Shown here one piece after another: positions 21,690 through 32,900 of a stretch of DNA of 64,000 nt. The translations under genes were made by a program, and so were the position numbers. The notes beneath the pieces were generated by a model, which worked only from the letters and a program-made list of their open reading frames with translations, ran no database searches and was not told the origin of the DNA. The DNA comes from Sminthopsis crassicaudata (Eukaryota): NCBI RefSeq assembly GCF_048593235.1, contig NC_133618.1:387580562-387644561 (forward strand), given 5' to 3'. Each line of letters starts with the position of its first letter. Position 1 is the first letter of the stretch.

Positions 21690-22300
21690 TGTCACCTAGA
21701 TGCTGTCTAGGACAATGACCTTCCTCATGGCAGGACGTCATCTGCAAACAGGGGTGCCTCAAACCCTTCCTCTATTCTCAAAGGGCTCCCTCCCGTTTTG
21801 TGTGGACCTCACCTTGTCCAGGGAGTCTCTCTTTGATCTGAACTCTCATGTGAGATGTTCTTCACAGTGATGGCCAACAAGTCTCAGCTTTATGCTTCAC
21901 TTGCTATTGATACTTAGGAGGGTCAGTGAACAAAGTTATTACTCTTGCCCCAACATTGTTCAATCATTGCATGATTTTTAGTTGAGCATGGGAGACCTCC
22001 CTTATTAGTAGAGAATCTATAAAAGTGGCATTTTGCTTTAATGAATCAAATACTTGTTTATACTCCAACAGAATAAGCATAGTGGAGCTTTATATTCCAT
22101 TTCCTGGATCTTTCAGTTAATTATGTGATGCTAAAGACATGAACTGCTATAGTATGTCACTTTTTTTCTCACATCTTCTTTAAGAATGCTCTCTATGCAT
22201 GTGTAGATTATTTTCATCAAGTCTTGGTAGAATTAGCAAAGTAGGCTCCATGGTTCCATACTTATTGTTATCAGTACTCTGGGTACTATTCTTTCTCTTA
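21690..22300 (-). mobile_element. RTE LINE RT fragment, degenerate
   Basis: Minus strand ctgtttgcagatgacgtc (LFADDV) and a DYKKAFDS-like segment near 22030-22070. Confidence 0.6.
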
Positions 22301-22319
22301 GTGTAGCCTAAGATCAAGT

Positions 22320-22710
22320 TAGCATTTTAAAATAATATTTTATTTTCTCCATTTACATGTAAAAATAATTTTTGATATTCATTTTTTAAAAGTTTTGAGT
22401 TCCAAATTCTATCCTACCCTACCTATCAATGGATTCTGATAAAGATTATATATGTGTAAACATGTAAAACATTTCCACATTAGTCACTTTGTAAAATAAA
22501 ACTCAAACTAAAAAAAAAGAGAAAGTGAAAAATAGTGTGCTTCCATCTGCATTCAAACATCAGTTCTTTCTCTGGAGGTGGAGAGCATTTTTCATCAAGA
22601 GTCCATTGGGATTATCTTGGATCATTGTATTACTGAAAATAGCTAAGTCATTCACAGTTGTTCATCATACAGTATTGTTGTTACTGTGTACAATTCCATT
22701 AGCTTTTTTC
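22320..22710 (-). mobile_element. L1 3'-end fragment
   Basis: Reverse complement of the L1 3' end type seen at 3555-4640. Confidence 0.65.
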
Positions 22711-22896
22711 TAAAACCTTAATTTTCCAATCTAAATACCAGTTAATAACGTGTATATTTCTCTAGCTACTTATCTGTTCTAGTCTCTAGTTTTTCTTCAG
22801 TTCCTTTGTTCACTTTCCATGGGCCCAACTAGTATTGGATTTATCCCCCTCTTTAGAGAAAATGGTTGGGCCTTTCCCCTTTCTTGGCCCTCTTAC

Positions 22897-22967
22897 CATT
22901 GCACTTGGTGATAAGCTTGTCCTTCTTGGTGGACTCTGTCAGAACTTTGTTCTTGACACTGGACAGC
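22897..22967 (-). CDS. SPATA24: SPATA24 exon 4
   Basis: LSSVKNKVLTESTKKDKLITKCN; 71 nt; tttag acceptor, GTAAGA donor. Confidence 0.96.
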
Positions 22968-23071
22968 CTAAATTGGAAAAGACCAGATGTTTGAGTGAGT
23001 GGGGGAGGCAGCTCATCTCTGGGTACTCCCCTCTACTCTATCCTCCCCTCTTTCTCACAGAGCTCACTTAC

Positions 23072-23202
23072 GCCTTTTCAAAAGCCTGCTTCTCTCTCTC
23101 CAGTTGCTTGGATAGCACCTCCACCTCTCCAAGAGCAAATTGCAGTTTCTCTGTCTCTTTAGCCAACAGGCCCTTGGTCTGGGCATGAGCTGCCTTTTCC
23201 TC
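23072..23202 (-). CDS. SPATA24: SPATA24 exon 3
   Basis: EEKAAHAQTKGLLAKETEKLQFALGEVEVLSKQLEREKQAFEK; 131 nt; GTAAGT donor. Confidence 0.96.
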
Positions 23203-23466
23203 CTGTAATCACACTGTGATTAGCATGCCCTGTTCCCCTACCCTGCATCCTCCAGATGACGCTAACTCTGGGATTGCCTGGAGCCCTGGAGAGATTGGAG
23301 CATCTCCTGTCCTGGGGAAGGCTCTTGTTGCTCTGCCTCCATGGGTCTATGGGTCAAAAGATCTCAAAGATCCTAGTCCTTTTTTCTTCCCACTTCTCCC
23401 CTTTCTATCATTGCCTTGTCCCCAACCCCCCAGGATGGGAAAAAGCAGAGCAAAGGATCCTTTTAC

Positions 23467-23532
23467 CTCTAACTTTTTTACCACAGCTTCGTATTCTTCT
23501 TTACTCACAAATTTCTCTTCCTGGATGGCCAT
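23467..23532 (-). CDS. SPATA24: SPATA24 exon 2
   Basis: MAIQEEKFVSKEEYEAVVKKLE; 66 nt; phases 0/0. Confidence 0.96.
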
Positions 23533-23785
23533 CTGTAATGCAACCACAGGGTTGGGAGATAAGTAAAGCCTGGGGACCCAAAAAGCTTTGGAGCCCAAAA
23601 AGTATAGGGAGAGGAGAAAAGGGAGAATGGGTAAGAACAGGTAGTAAATGATTTGGGAATATTAACAGTAATCCTCTATATATAGAGCACTTAATTTTAT
23701 CTCCCATCTTTTTTAGAACATAGGTTGGACTGGTTTAAAGACTTGGCATTGCAATGGCAGAACATTATAAAGGTTGGAGGATCAT

Positions 23786-24145
23786 GGTTTTTAATTTGTA
23801 AAAGTATATATATTTATTATGTTCTTATATGTTAAGTATTTATATGTATATATGGTTGTGTGTTTTTAATTTGTAGAAGCATATGTATTTATTATGTTAT
23901 ATATTAAGTATATATTTGTATATATGGTTGTGTGGGTTTTTAGTTTGTAAAAGTATATATATTTAGTATGTTTCTAATGTATTACGTATATATATATTTA
24001 TATGATTGTGTGTGTTTTTAGTATATATTTATTTAGTATGTTCTTATGTATTAAGTATATATAGTTTTTTTTTTAGTTTGTAAAATATATATATAGTATA
24101 TTCTTATGTATTAAGTATATATGTGTATATGGTTGTGTGTATGTG
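23786..24145. repeat. Degenerate AT-rich minisatellite, about 70-75 bp x about 5
   Basis: Unit approximately ttttaRtttgtaaaagtatatatatttaKtatgttcttat...taagtat...atatggttgtgtg. Confidence 0.8.
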
Positions 24146-25317
24146 TATACATATATAACAATTCCTATATGTATACACATACATACATAGATAATGTATT
24201 TCTGCTCTGATAACTCCATGAAGGTCTATTTCATTTCTCTCCTTTGTATCCTAGTACCTACTAAGCACTTAAAATTACTTGTTACTTGAAATGAAAAATG
24301 TTTTTCCATCTGTTTGCATAGCAAGAATTGTGTAGAAAAGAACACTGAAAACAGGGATCTAAGGCCAACTCTGCTACTTATTACCTGAGGAATTGGGCAG
24401 GCACTGCACTTTTGGTGAGCCCTCAATTTCCTCATCTGTAAAGGTGGACTAGATGATTTCCAATGTCACTCATCTCTTAAATTCTCTCATCTGAGCCTTA
24501 TAATGCAACTGACACAGTAGGCATGGCATGACTATTATCCCACTTTACAGATTCAATAACTGAGACCAAGAGGTGAAATGTGACTTATCAAGGAGGCTGG
24601 GTCTTGAACTCAGATCCTTTGACAATTAATCTTCCGGTTCTTTCCGTTATGGTGCTAAGATTCTCTTAATAGGTTAGAAGGAATAGAGGGCATGGGAATA
24701 AATGGAAAATCTCTGGAAAGGCTAATTTGGGGATGAGAGATTTGGGAAGGAGATAGGGGTAATGAGAAGCATTATTCTGCTTCTCAGTTTATAATGCTCA
24801 TGTAATGATGGGAATAAGAGCAAAAAGGTCACCAGGAAGATATTTTTTAGCTTATTTGCCAATATCTCCTGCAGGGGATGAAGAAACAAATTACATGAAG
24901 AACTTGAGGAGATTCTTCAAAGTCAGAAAATACTCTGACTTCAATGAAGTTCAAGAATAAGAAATGAAAAGAGATCAAAGGCTTACTGACTACTTAAAAG
25001 TCCATGACTATTTATATCAAGAATACTTTCTTTTGGGAGTGGGAGGGGGAGAAGGTCTCAAAATCCTAGACAGAATGCTGAACAATATCACAAAAAATGA
25101 AATTCAATTTTTATTGACAGACAGGATATGACTGGTGGTCAGTATGGAATCACCACAAGTGAACTCTTAACATCATATTACCTGATATAATTTATAAGGA
25201 ATTTTTAAAAATGGAGTGAAGTCTTTAAAATCAGCTGGACCTCACCAAATCTAAGAAGAAATCCTTAATAGGGATGAGACAATTTTAAAGGTACTCAGGG
25301 ATCAATTTTCTTCTTCT

Positions 25318-25320
<3 letters not shown>

Positions 25321-25348
<28 letters not shown>

Positions 25349-25478
25349 GAGGCTGGGGTTAAGTGACTTGCCCAGAGTCACGCAGCTAGAAAGTGTTAAG
25401 TGTCTGAGATCAAATTTGAACTCAGGTCCTCCTGAATTCAAGGGTGGTACTCTATCCACTGCACCACCTAGCTGCCTC
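25321..25478 (-). mobile_element. WSINE1-like SINE
   Basis: T28 tail then reverse complement of ggcagctaggtggtgcagtggatagag...gaattcaggaggacctgagttcaaat. Confidence 0.85.
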
Positions 25479-25570
25479 AAAATGTCTTGAAAAAGAGGAG
25501 AAAGTCATATGCTTATTATTTTTAAAAAAGGATGGAAAAGACATAATTACTAACGCATATATCTATATTT

Positions 25571-25810
25571 GGGGCAGCTGGGTGGCACAGTAGATAAGAA
25601 TGTCAGACCTGGAGTCTCTTCCTGAGTTTCAATCTGACCTCAGACACATAACTCAATGATCCTGGGCAAATCACTTAATTCTTTTTTCCTTAGTTTCCTC
25701 ATTTGTCAAATGAGCTAGAGAAGGAAATGGCAAACTATTCTGGTATCTCATCCAAGAAAACCTCCAAATGGTGTCACAGAGTGTCAGTTATGACTAAAAA
25801 TAACTGAACA
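25571..25810 (+). mobile_element. MAR1-like CORE-SINE
   Basis: ggggcagctgggtggcacagtagata head, CORE, gaaggaaatggcaaacta tail. Confidence 0.75.
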
Positions 25811-28049
25811 GTGACTATATTCTAATCTTTATAAAAGTTTTATGAGGATGCTTCCCTATGCATCCAGGATAGCCTTGAAGTAAAGATAAAGCAATTAGTA
25901 GGTTTTTTTTACAGACATTTTTCCATAGTAGACCACTTTTTCACAGTCATATAACTAAAAGTTACAGATCTAAAAAAATTCAAAATCCATTGTTTGTCAA
26001 CTATTAAAAGCATTTGACTTGGTAGAACAAATGCATCATCTTAAGAGTTATTTTCCAGCAAGGTTATCTCTCTCATGCATATTTTAAAATATTTTTTCAA
26101 TTTTTAAAAATTTTATTATAGCTTTTTATTCTTTAAAATACATGCAGAGATAGTTTTCATCATTCACCTTTGCAAAACCTTGTGTTCCAAATATTTCTAT
26201 CTTCTTCCTCCCTCCTCTAGAATGGTAATATCTCATGCATATGTTAAGATTGTAAAAGATTCCTCAGTAGATTCAGGTCACTTCCAATGGTCCTGTGATG
26301 GAGTGAGTCATCTGCATGCACCCAGAGAGGGGACTGAGTATGGATCACAACATAGTATTTTCATGGTGGTTTTTTTTTTTTTTTTTTTTTTTGTGCAGCA
26401 AGAAAATTGTGGAAATATGTATAGAAGTGGTACACATTTAACACATATTGGATTACTTGCCATGTGGGGGAGAAAGTGGAGGAAGAAGAAGGAGAAAAAA
26501 ATTTGGAACACAAGATTTTGCAAAGGTGAATGTTGAAATTTATGCATATATTTTGAAAATAAAAAGCTTAAAATAAAGCAGATTTCTTAGTAGCTAGATA
26601 AGCACCATAAAATTTACTTTTCATCTAATGATTCTGATTGTATCAAATGAGGCACAAAACAGGAAACCATGCTTGACTATATCAATAAGAGTGAGATCCC
26701 AATCAAAATCATAATGAAAGGGGGATTTCCCTATAGGTGGGGAGAGTCTTCAGACAGTCCTGCTTGCAAATGGATTTATGACCTTAAGTACCATCCTAAG
26801 TGAGATCTAATGCTATTCAGTTTAAAAAAAAAAAAAAAAGATTGGTTTAGCAATTTACACAGAAAAAGATCAAGGGGATTCCCCAGGTTGGAAAATAAAT
26901 ATTGACAGAAATGACAAAAGGACAGTTTCAGAGAAACCTCGGTAGATTTGTATAAACCAATGCGTTGTGAACGGAACCCAGAATACCACATTGAGCAAAC
27001 AATTTCAGAAAATTTAAGAATTCTGTTCAATGCAATGACCAACTACAGCTCCAGATAACTGATGATAAAGTATGCTTCTAATCAGATTATAGACTCAGAC
27101 TGCACAAAGACAAATGTGGTTTTGGACATGGCCAATGTAGGCATTTATTTTTCTTAATTGTGCATATTTGTCATAAAAGTTTTGTTTTTCTTTTTTTTCT
27201 CTCATGGATGTGTGTATGCTACTTTCTTAATGTTACTTAAAAAAAAAAAAGGAAATGGGTATTGGCCAGGATGAGCAACCTGCCAAGTTAGTGGAAAAGG
27301 AGGGGTGTAAGATGGAATATATTAATAAACAAAGTAGCACTTTCAATGATACCCAGTAGTTCCTTTCTTTTCAATAACTATTTTTCCATTCATATATTCA
27401 ACTCCTGAAGGCAACTTTCTAATGCTGAGCAAGAACCCATTTGCATTGGTGAAGGAAATTTTCTTATGGGGAGAGTTCCCTCTACTAATGTGCTAACAGG
27501 TCCCTTTCTATTCCATCTTATTCTTCTGGTGATATTATTATAGGGCTCCAAAATCATGAAACACCAATGGGTCTCAAAAATCAAAATCATAGGTGACCTA
27601 AAGGGTAGTGGAGAATGTAAATAGCATCATAGTACTGTATAGACTTGGAAGGGAACATTAAAGCTCATTTAGTCTAACATCATACTAAAAAAAGCATGTG
27701 TGTTATTTATGTAGGAATTTTCAAGCTTCTATTTGAAAAAAATTTCTAGAGAAGAACTTACTACAATCCCAAGGCAACCCATTTTACTTTTGAGCAACTC
27801 TTAGAATCTAAATTTTTTCTTATATTAAGAATGTTTCCAAGGTGAACAAAACATTCTCCTCCTAAGTGATTTTCAAATACTTAGGTTCACTGCATGTTGT
27901 TAAAGATGATTTTCAAGGGAATAAGTGGGACAAATGCCAGCACAGCGTCGTAGATAAGCTGATTCTGAACCCAGAAAAACTCCTGGACTCATCACGTTTC
28001 TGACACAAGCTGGCTGTGTGACCCTGAGCAAATTAGTTTTTCAGTGTTT

Positions 28050-28995
28050 TGGAGATTGAAGGCATCTGTAGGCATATGATTCCTAAGTCTTTATATGTCT
28101 TTCCATCATCCCTGGCCTTTCTTGAGTCACATCACCCAACTGCTTTTTGGACATTTCAAACTAGATGTTCCAGAGACATCTCATACTTAACATGTCCAAA
28201 ACAGAGCTCATTACCAAGATTCCTCAAACTTCTCTTCTCCCCACCTCCCCTATTGCTAAGGGTTCTACCACTCCCCCAGTCACACAGATAGGCCCACAGT
28301 GTCACCATCAAATCCTCGCTTGCACTTGTCACACATAGTTTTCTGCCTAATCTTATAGCTTGTACAATCACAACACTCACAGAAGCCCCTTTCTCTCACT
28401 CTTACAACTTCCATCCTAGTTTATTGTCAACTTCTCTTAGACGCTTATTAGTGTTTTGTTTTCTCCGCTTCTCCTTACTCCAATTCATCCTTTACCCAAT
28501 GCACAAGGGGATTAACAAATAGATTTGACCATGTCAACACCCCTCCCCCCCAAATAAATGCCAATGACTCCCTATTGCCTTAGAATTAAATGTAAAGCTC
28601 TCCATAACCTAACTCTTTCCTCTCTGTCTCCTTATACTTCTCCCACTACGAGCTGGACACTCCATGCCCTCTTTGCCTTTCAGGTCTCTCCAATTCCCTC
28701 AGCTCCTGTAGGCCTCACCTCAAATCCCATCTTCTGCCAGGGGTCTCTCTGGCTTCCCAGACCCTGACCTACTTAGCTGAGATCACCTTCCAGCTACCCT
28801 GTATATGTTTATATATATGTAGAGGGGCATATACATATATACATAGATACATAAATATATGGTATGTATGTGGTTACTGTCTCCAGTCCCAATTAAAATA
28901 GGATCTTTTTGAAGGCGGGGACTGTGTGTCTGCCCAGCCCCAGCGCTTAAAGCTCTGGCTGTACCCAGGAGCGTCATAAAAGCTAACTGACTGAC
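28050..28995 (+). mobile_element. L2 3' region, degenerate
   Basis: Pyrimidine-rich L2 body ending cccagcgcttaaag...taaaagctaactgactgac. Confidence 0.6.
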
Positions 28996-29657
28996 CCAAG
29001 GCACAAAGAAGTCGGTGACCCACTTTAATGTGGAAAGAGGGTTTCTATATTGAGCTAAAATGAAACCCTTCCTTCAAGGCCCTATTCCTATCCGGGAAAA
29101 GTGGGATAAAACCCATCATCACGGGCAGGGATGACTGAGGGTGACGGACAGCTCCAGGCGGTGAGAGGCGCACAGCATGTTGGGTAGATGGCCAGAGCTA
29201 AACTCAGTGAGCATCTCAGGATAAAATGGGGGAATGGAGAGGCGTGGGTGGAGCTCCGCCCTCCTGCAGAGGCCCCAGAGATCCAGGCTCTACTGTAACT
29301 AGGAGGGTCAAGGAGGCGGAGAAGGACGAGCTGGAGACGAGGGCATAGAGAAGGGAGGGGAGGGGCCGTGCTGAAGGATAGCGGGGTGCACGCAAGCGCT
29401 GGGTGAGTCCCTTGCCGCAGTGCCGGAAAGGCTGGTCCATTCCAGGGAAAGATTCTCAGGCAGTTGCCTTGACAACGAGACGTTCTACTATTGGCCACAC
29501 CCCTGACGACACCAGAGAACAGGGCACTCGGCCCGCCTCCTGTTCCGCCATCCTTCCGCAGATAGGCCCCGCTCCGCCCCCGACCTTTACGTTAAACCCG
29601 CCCCATCCCATTGTGACATTTGGGTAGGCCCCGCCCCCTGCTTATAGGGGCTCGCAC

Positions 29658-29774
29658 CGTGCTTTTCAGCCGGTGGATCACTTGCTCTTGAGACCCAATT
29701 ACGTCCCGAAGTTGTTGGAAGGCGAAAGAGAATATAGTCTCCTCTTCCAAGGAATTCTTAGAAGCCTCCGCCAT
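29658..29774 (-). CDS. SPATA24: SPATA24 exon 1
   Basis: MAEASKNSLEEETIFSFAFQQLRDVIGSQEQVIHRLKST then GTGCGA; 117 nt. Six exons total 618 nt = 205 aa plus stop, the length I recall for the human protein. Confidence 0.95.
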
Positions 29775-29950
29775 CTTCCGCCCCTACCTCCGGTTCGTTA
29801 GAAATGGCTGCCTTTTGATTCTTTGTCCTTCCTGGGCCAATGAAAGATCTGAGCATCTAACGCCGGGAATCATAGCATCCGGGGCGGGTCCTCAGCCCTA
29901 CCAACAGGTCTAGGAGCGCCATCTGCTCAGAAAGGTCTCGCGAGAGGACA
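29775..29950 (-). promoter_or_regulatory. SPATA24: SPATA24 CpG-island promoter
   Basis: YY1-type AAGATGGCGG over the ATG and AAATGGCTGC near 29803, GGCCAATGA near 29836, GC box 29881-29890, TCTCGCGAGA 29936-29945. Confidence 0.75.
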
Positions 29951-32900
29951 TTCAAGGCTGTGAATGTGACCGATCCAGAGAGCGCCACGGGCTGCAGGGG
30001 GCACAGGAGCCAGCTTCACTCTGCCATGATGAGCAGGGTCATTCCGACCCGTTTTCTCAAAGCACATCTTCCCCGCAGTCTCCAAATCCATGTTTCCCCA
30101 TTTTTTGTGGTGGCCCTGAGGAAGTCCTATAAAAAGCCCCCCTATCACAGGGAGATAGGGAGTTTCCCGGCTTCGGGAAGAATTGAATCTGGGCTTGTGA
30201 CTCCACTCTAGCATAGCTGGGAGGGACGACTGATGACGGGAATGATTTAGTAAGCAGCCGAGAACTCTCGCCCAATTTGTATATATTGATGCCGCCAAGC
30301 TAGCTTTTAAATGTGCTTAGAATTCTCCAAAAGAAAAACAAAATAGCATCCTGTTCTCACGCAGAGCCACAAACAGTAAAGGACCAGAGGCTTTGTCCCA
30401 GAGCGCAGCGCACCTGGGAGCAGCAGGCTCGGCTTCACCTTCCTCAGCCTTTACCACGCCCAGATCCCCTCCCTGTGCCGGCTTCCTCCCATCCAAGGCA
30501 TGACGGGCTGAGTTCTTTGGGGGGCAGGCCGTGGTCGCAGCTCAGCTGAGAACTTCCTCTGCCTGCCACTGTCCATCTTATCTCCCAACTGAATTTGTCT
30601 TAAGCATAATCTTTTCTAATTCTCCCCCCATGTAACCCTCTGGTGCACTTGACCACTCTGTCTAATGTGGGCTTTTTCTTTTTGACTGGTGAAATTAAAG
30701 TTATAATAGGACCAGAGGAAGGTATCTAAAAATCTCACCATTTTCGTCAGAAGAAAAGTGGGTGGCAGTGGACTGACATACAGACTAGAAATACCAGAAT
30801 TTTTCATTCTGTAAAGGTTAAAAGAGGGAACATAATTAAAATCTAAAAAGGTGGAACTCCATCTTTGTTAATTGACATGGCCCTATTTGTCATGGTGTGA
30901 AATAGTAGGATGAAAAAACAGTAAATTTAGAATGCACAAAATACATGAAACCAAGTCTTTCTTCAGACTGCAGATATTTTGTCTAGCAAATAAATGAGCT
31001 GACTAGTATTCAAGCCCCTTTACATAATCCTGCTTCCTGTTACCTGTTCATCCTCATCTCATACTCTCCTCCTCTACAAAGCTCTACATTCCAAATACTG
31101 GTCTACTTTCTATTCCCTGTTGTGCCACTTCCTCTCCCCCCCATTTCCTTGATTTTACCCATTCCTAGATTTGTTGCCATATCTGTTGTACCTTGTCTTA
31201 ATGTCTATCTCAGGTCCTGCTCGCTGATGAAGCCTTTCTGATAAAGAGGAGCACCAGCTTGTCCCCCTGGGAAATATACTCTGAGAACACTGTTGACAAC
31301 AGGGGTCTTTGGTCAAATGGACTTGTCTGATCCATTGTGATAATCCTGGATGTCTAATAGTACTTAAAATATTTCCAATCTTTAATTATTGGTCTAATTG
31401 TTTCATGTGTATACCTGCTTTTCCAGGGTGAAATTGGTTGTCTTTTTCCAATGGCTGCTTTCACTTTGCCTGACTATCCTTTGCTATTATTTTCTCATGT
31501 AACACACAATTATTTATATGCATTCCCTCACACCTCGACTATCCTGTAACTACTTTTAGAGAGGGACTTACATTCTTTTAACTTCACTTTTAGTACAGTG
31601 GTTTGGTGCCTTAACACAAGGCACTGCATGTTTTGTGAACTTCATTATTCCATGGGCAGAGGCCTCTTATTGGCAAAAATGATTCTGGGACAAATCAACA
31701 ATTTGTTGCTTGATTCAGTATGTCAATATTTATTTGCCTATTACACTTAATTCAAGGTAGCATTAGAAATGGCCCAGCCATCTATGACTCCTAAAAGTAG
31801 TCAAAATCCCACTCTTCAAAAGGTATGCAGAGTATATCAGGCCTTGAAAGGAAATACAACTTGGGGTTGTCTCTATTAGCAAAACAATTCAAATATACAA
31901 TTTGTTGCCTGAACCAGCACATCAATACTTACCTTAAAAACATTTAATTATCTCTTTGTCTTGTACTGGTCTCTGTAATTTGTGAATATCCTTTGTCTTG
32001 AAAACAAGATCATGATTTCTCTGGAGGACAGGGAAAGTCTCTCCTATTTGTATCTCTTTCCATCAGTGGCTAGGTACCGGACCCTTAGAAGGGGTTAAAA
32101 ATGTCTATTGATCAACTGAGTTAGATACATTCCTAGGAAGGAGCATATAATCCTGCCTTGCTTATGTAATTCACTTCTCATTCCTGATCAAGGAATATAT
32201 ATATACTTATATACATATATATGCATATATTATGTATGTATGTATGTATGTGTGTATATACAGTACACCTTCCAGTGTCATGACCATCATTGTGTTCTTT
32301 TTTGCATAGCCCCCACTATTATATGGTATTTTGTGCCATACTGTCTCCACTCAAGTCTTATTCTTTCTGATGTCTCATTGTGATCTGGAGGTAACCCTGG
32401 GTTTCTGAGAATTATTATCAATTGAATCAAATGGAAGGTTCTACCAAGCTGGAAAAGTCCTTAAGGTTAGTTCAATAATAAAAAAGCATCTTCTATCCAG
32501 AGAACAGTATAGCTAAGTATGGAAAAAATCAAAAGACTGACCACACTAGGTGAAGAATTTTTTGGCCACGATGACTTTCAGATAAAAGAGAAAACTGCCT
32601 TCAGAACTGTGATTCCCCTTCTACAGTGAGATTGAAGGAATGGTAGAGGAGTCAAAAGTGTTAAATATCACATATTTCTTAGGACCATCTAACAAATATT
32701 GATTTAATATGGATCTAAAACAATTAAATGTGAGATCTTTATCTAAAACAAACAAGTTGATACCCTTTTAGCAGAACTAACCTGTTCCAAATTGACATTC
32801 TAAACAGAAATGAAAGAGAAAGAAATGAAGTTGCAGTCCAGCGGAAGGATTGCTCATAGGTTCTCGTTGGAGACAATACAGATGAAGGAGTTGACATGGT

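Larger units (their letters stand above)
24780..26870 (+). mobile_element. RTE LINE RT region, fragmented by later insertions
   Basis: Degenerate matches to GF...STVDHIFTV, VDYKKAFDSVEQNA (about 25990-26040) and EGFPI.GE.LQ.LL.A (about 26720-26775). Confidence 0.6.

Noticed and set aside
29927-30298. 123-aa minus-strand ORF upstream of SPATA24
   Set aside because: Begins at TTG, lies in a CpG island, has no splice link and no recognisable similarity.
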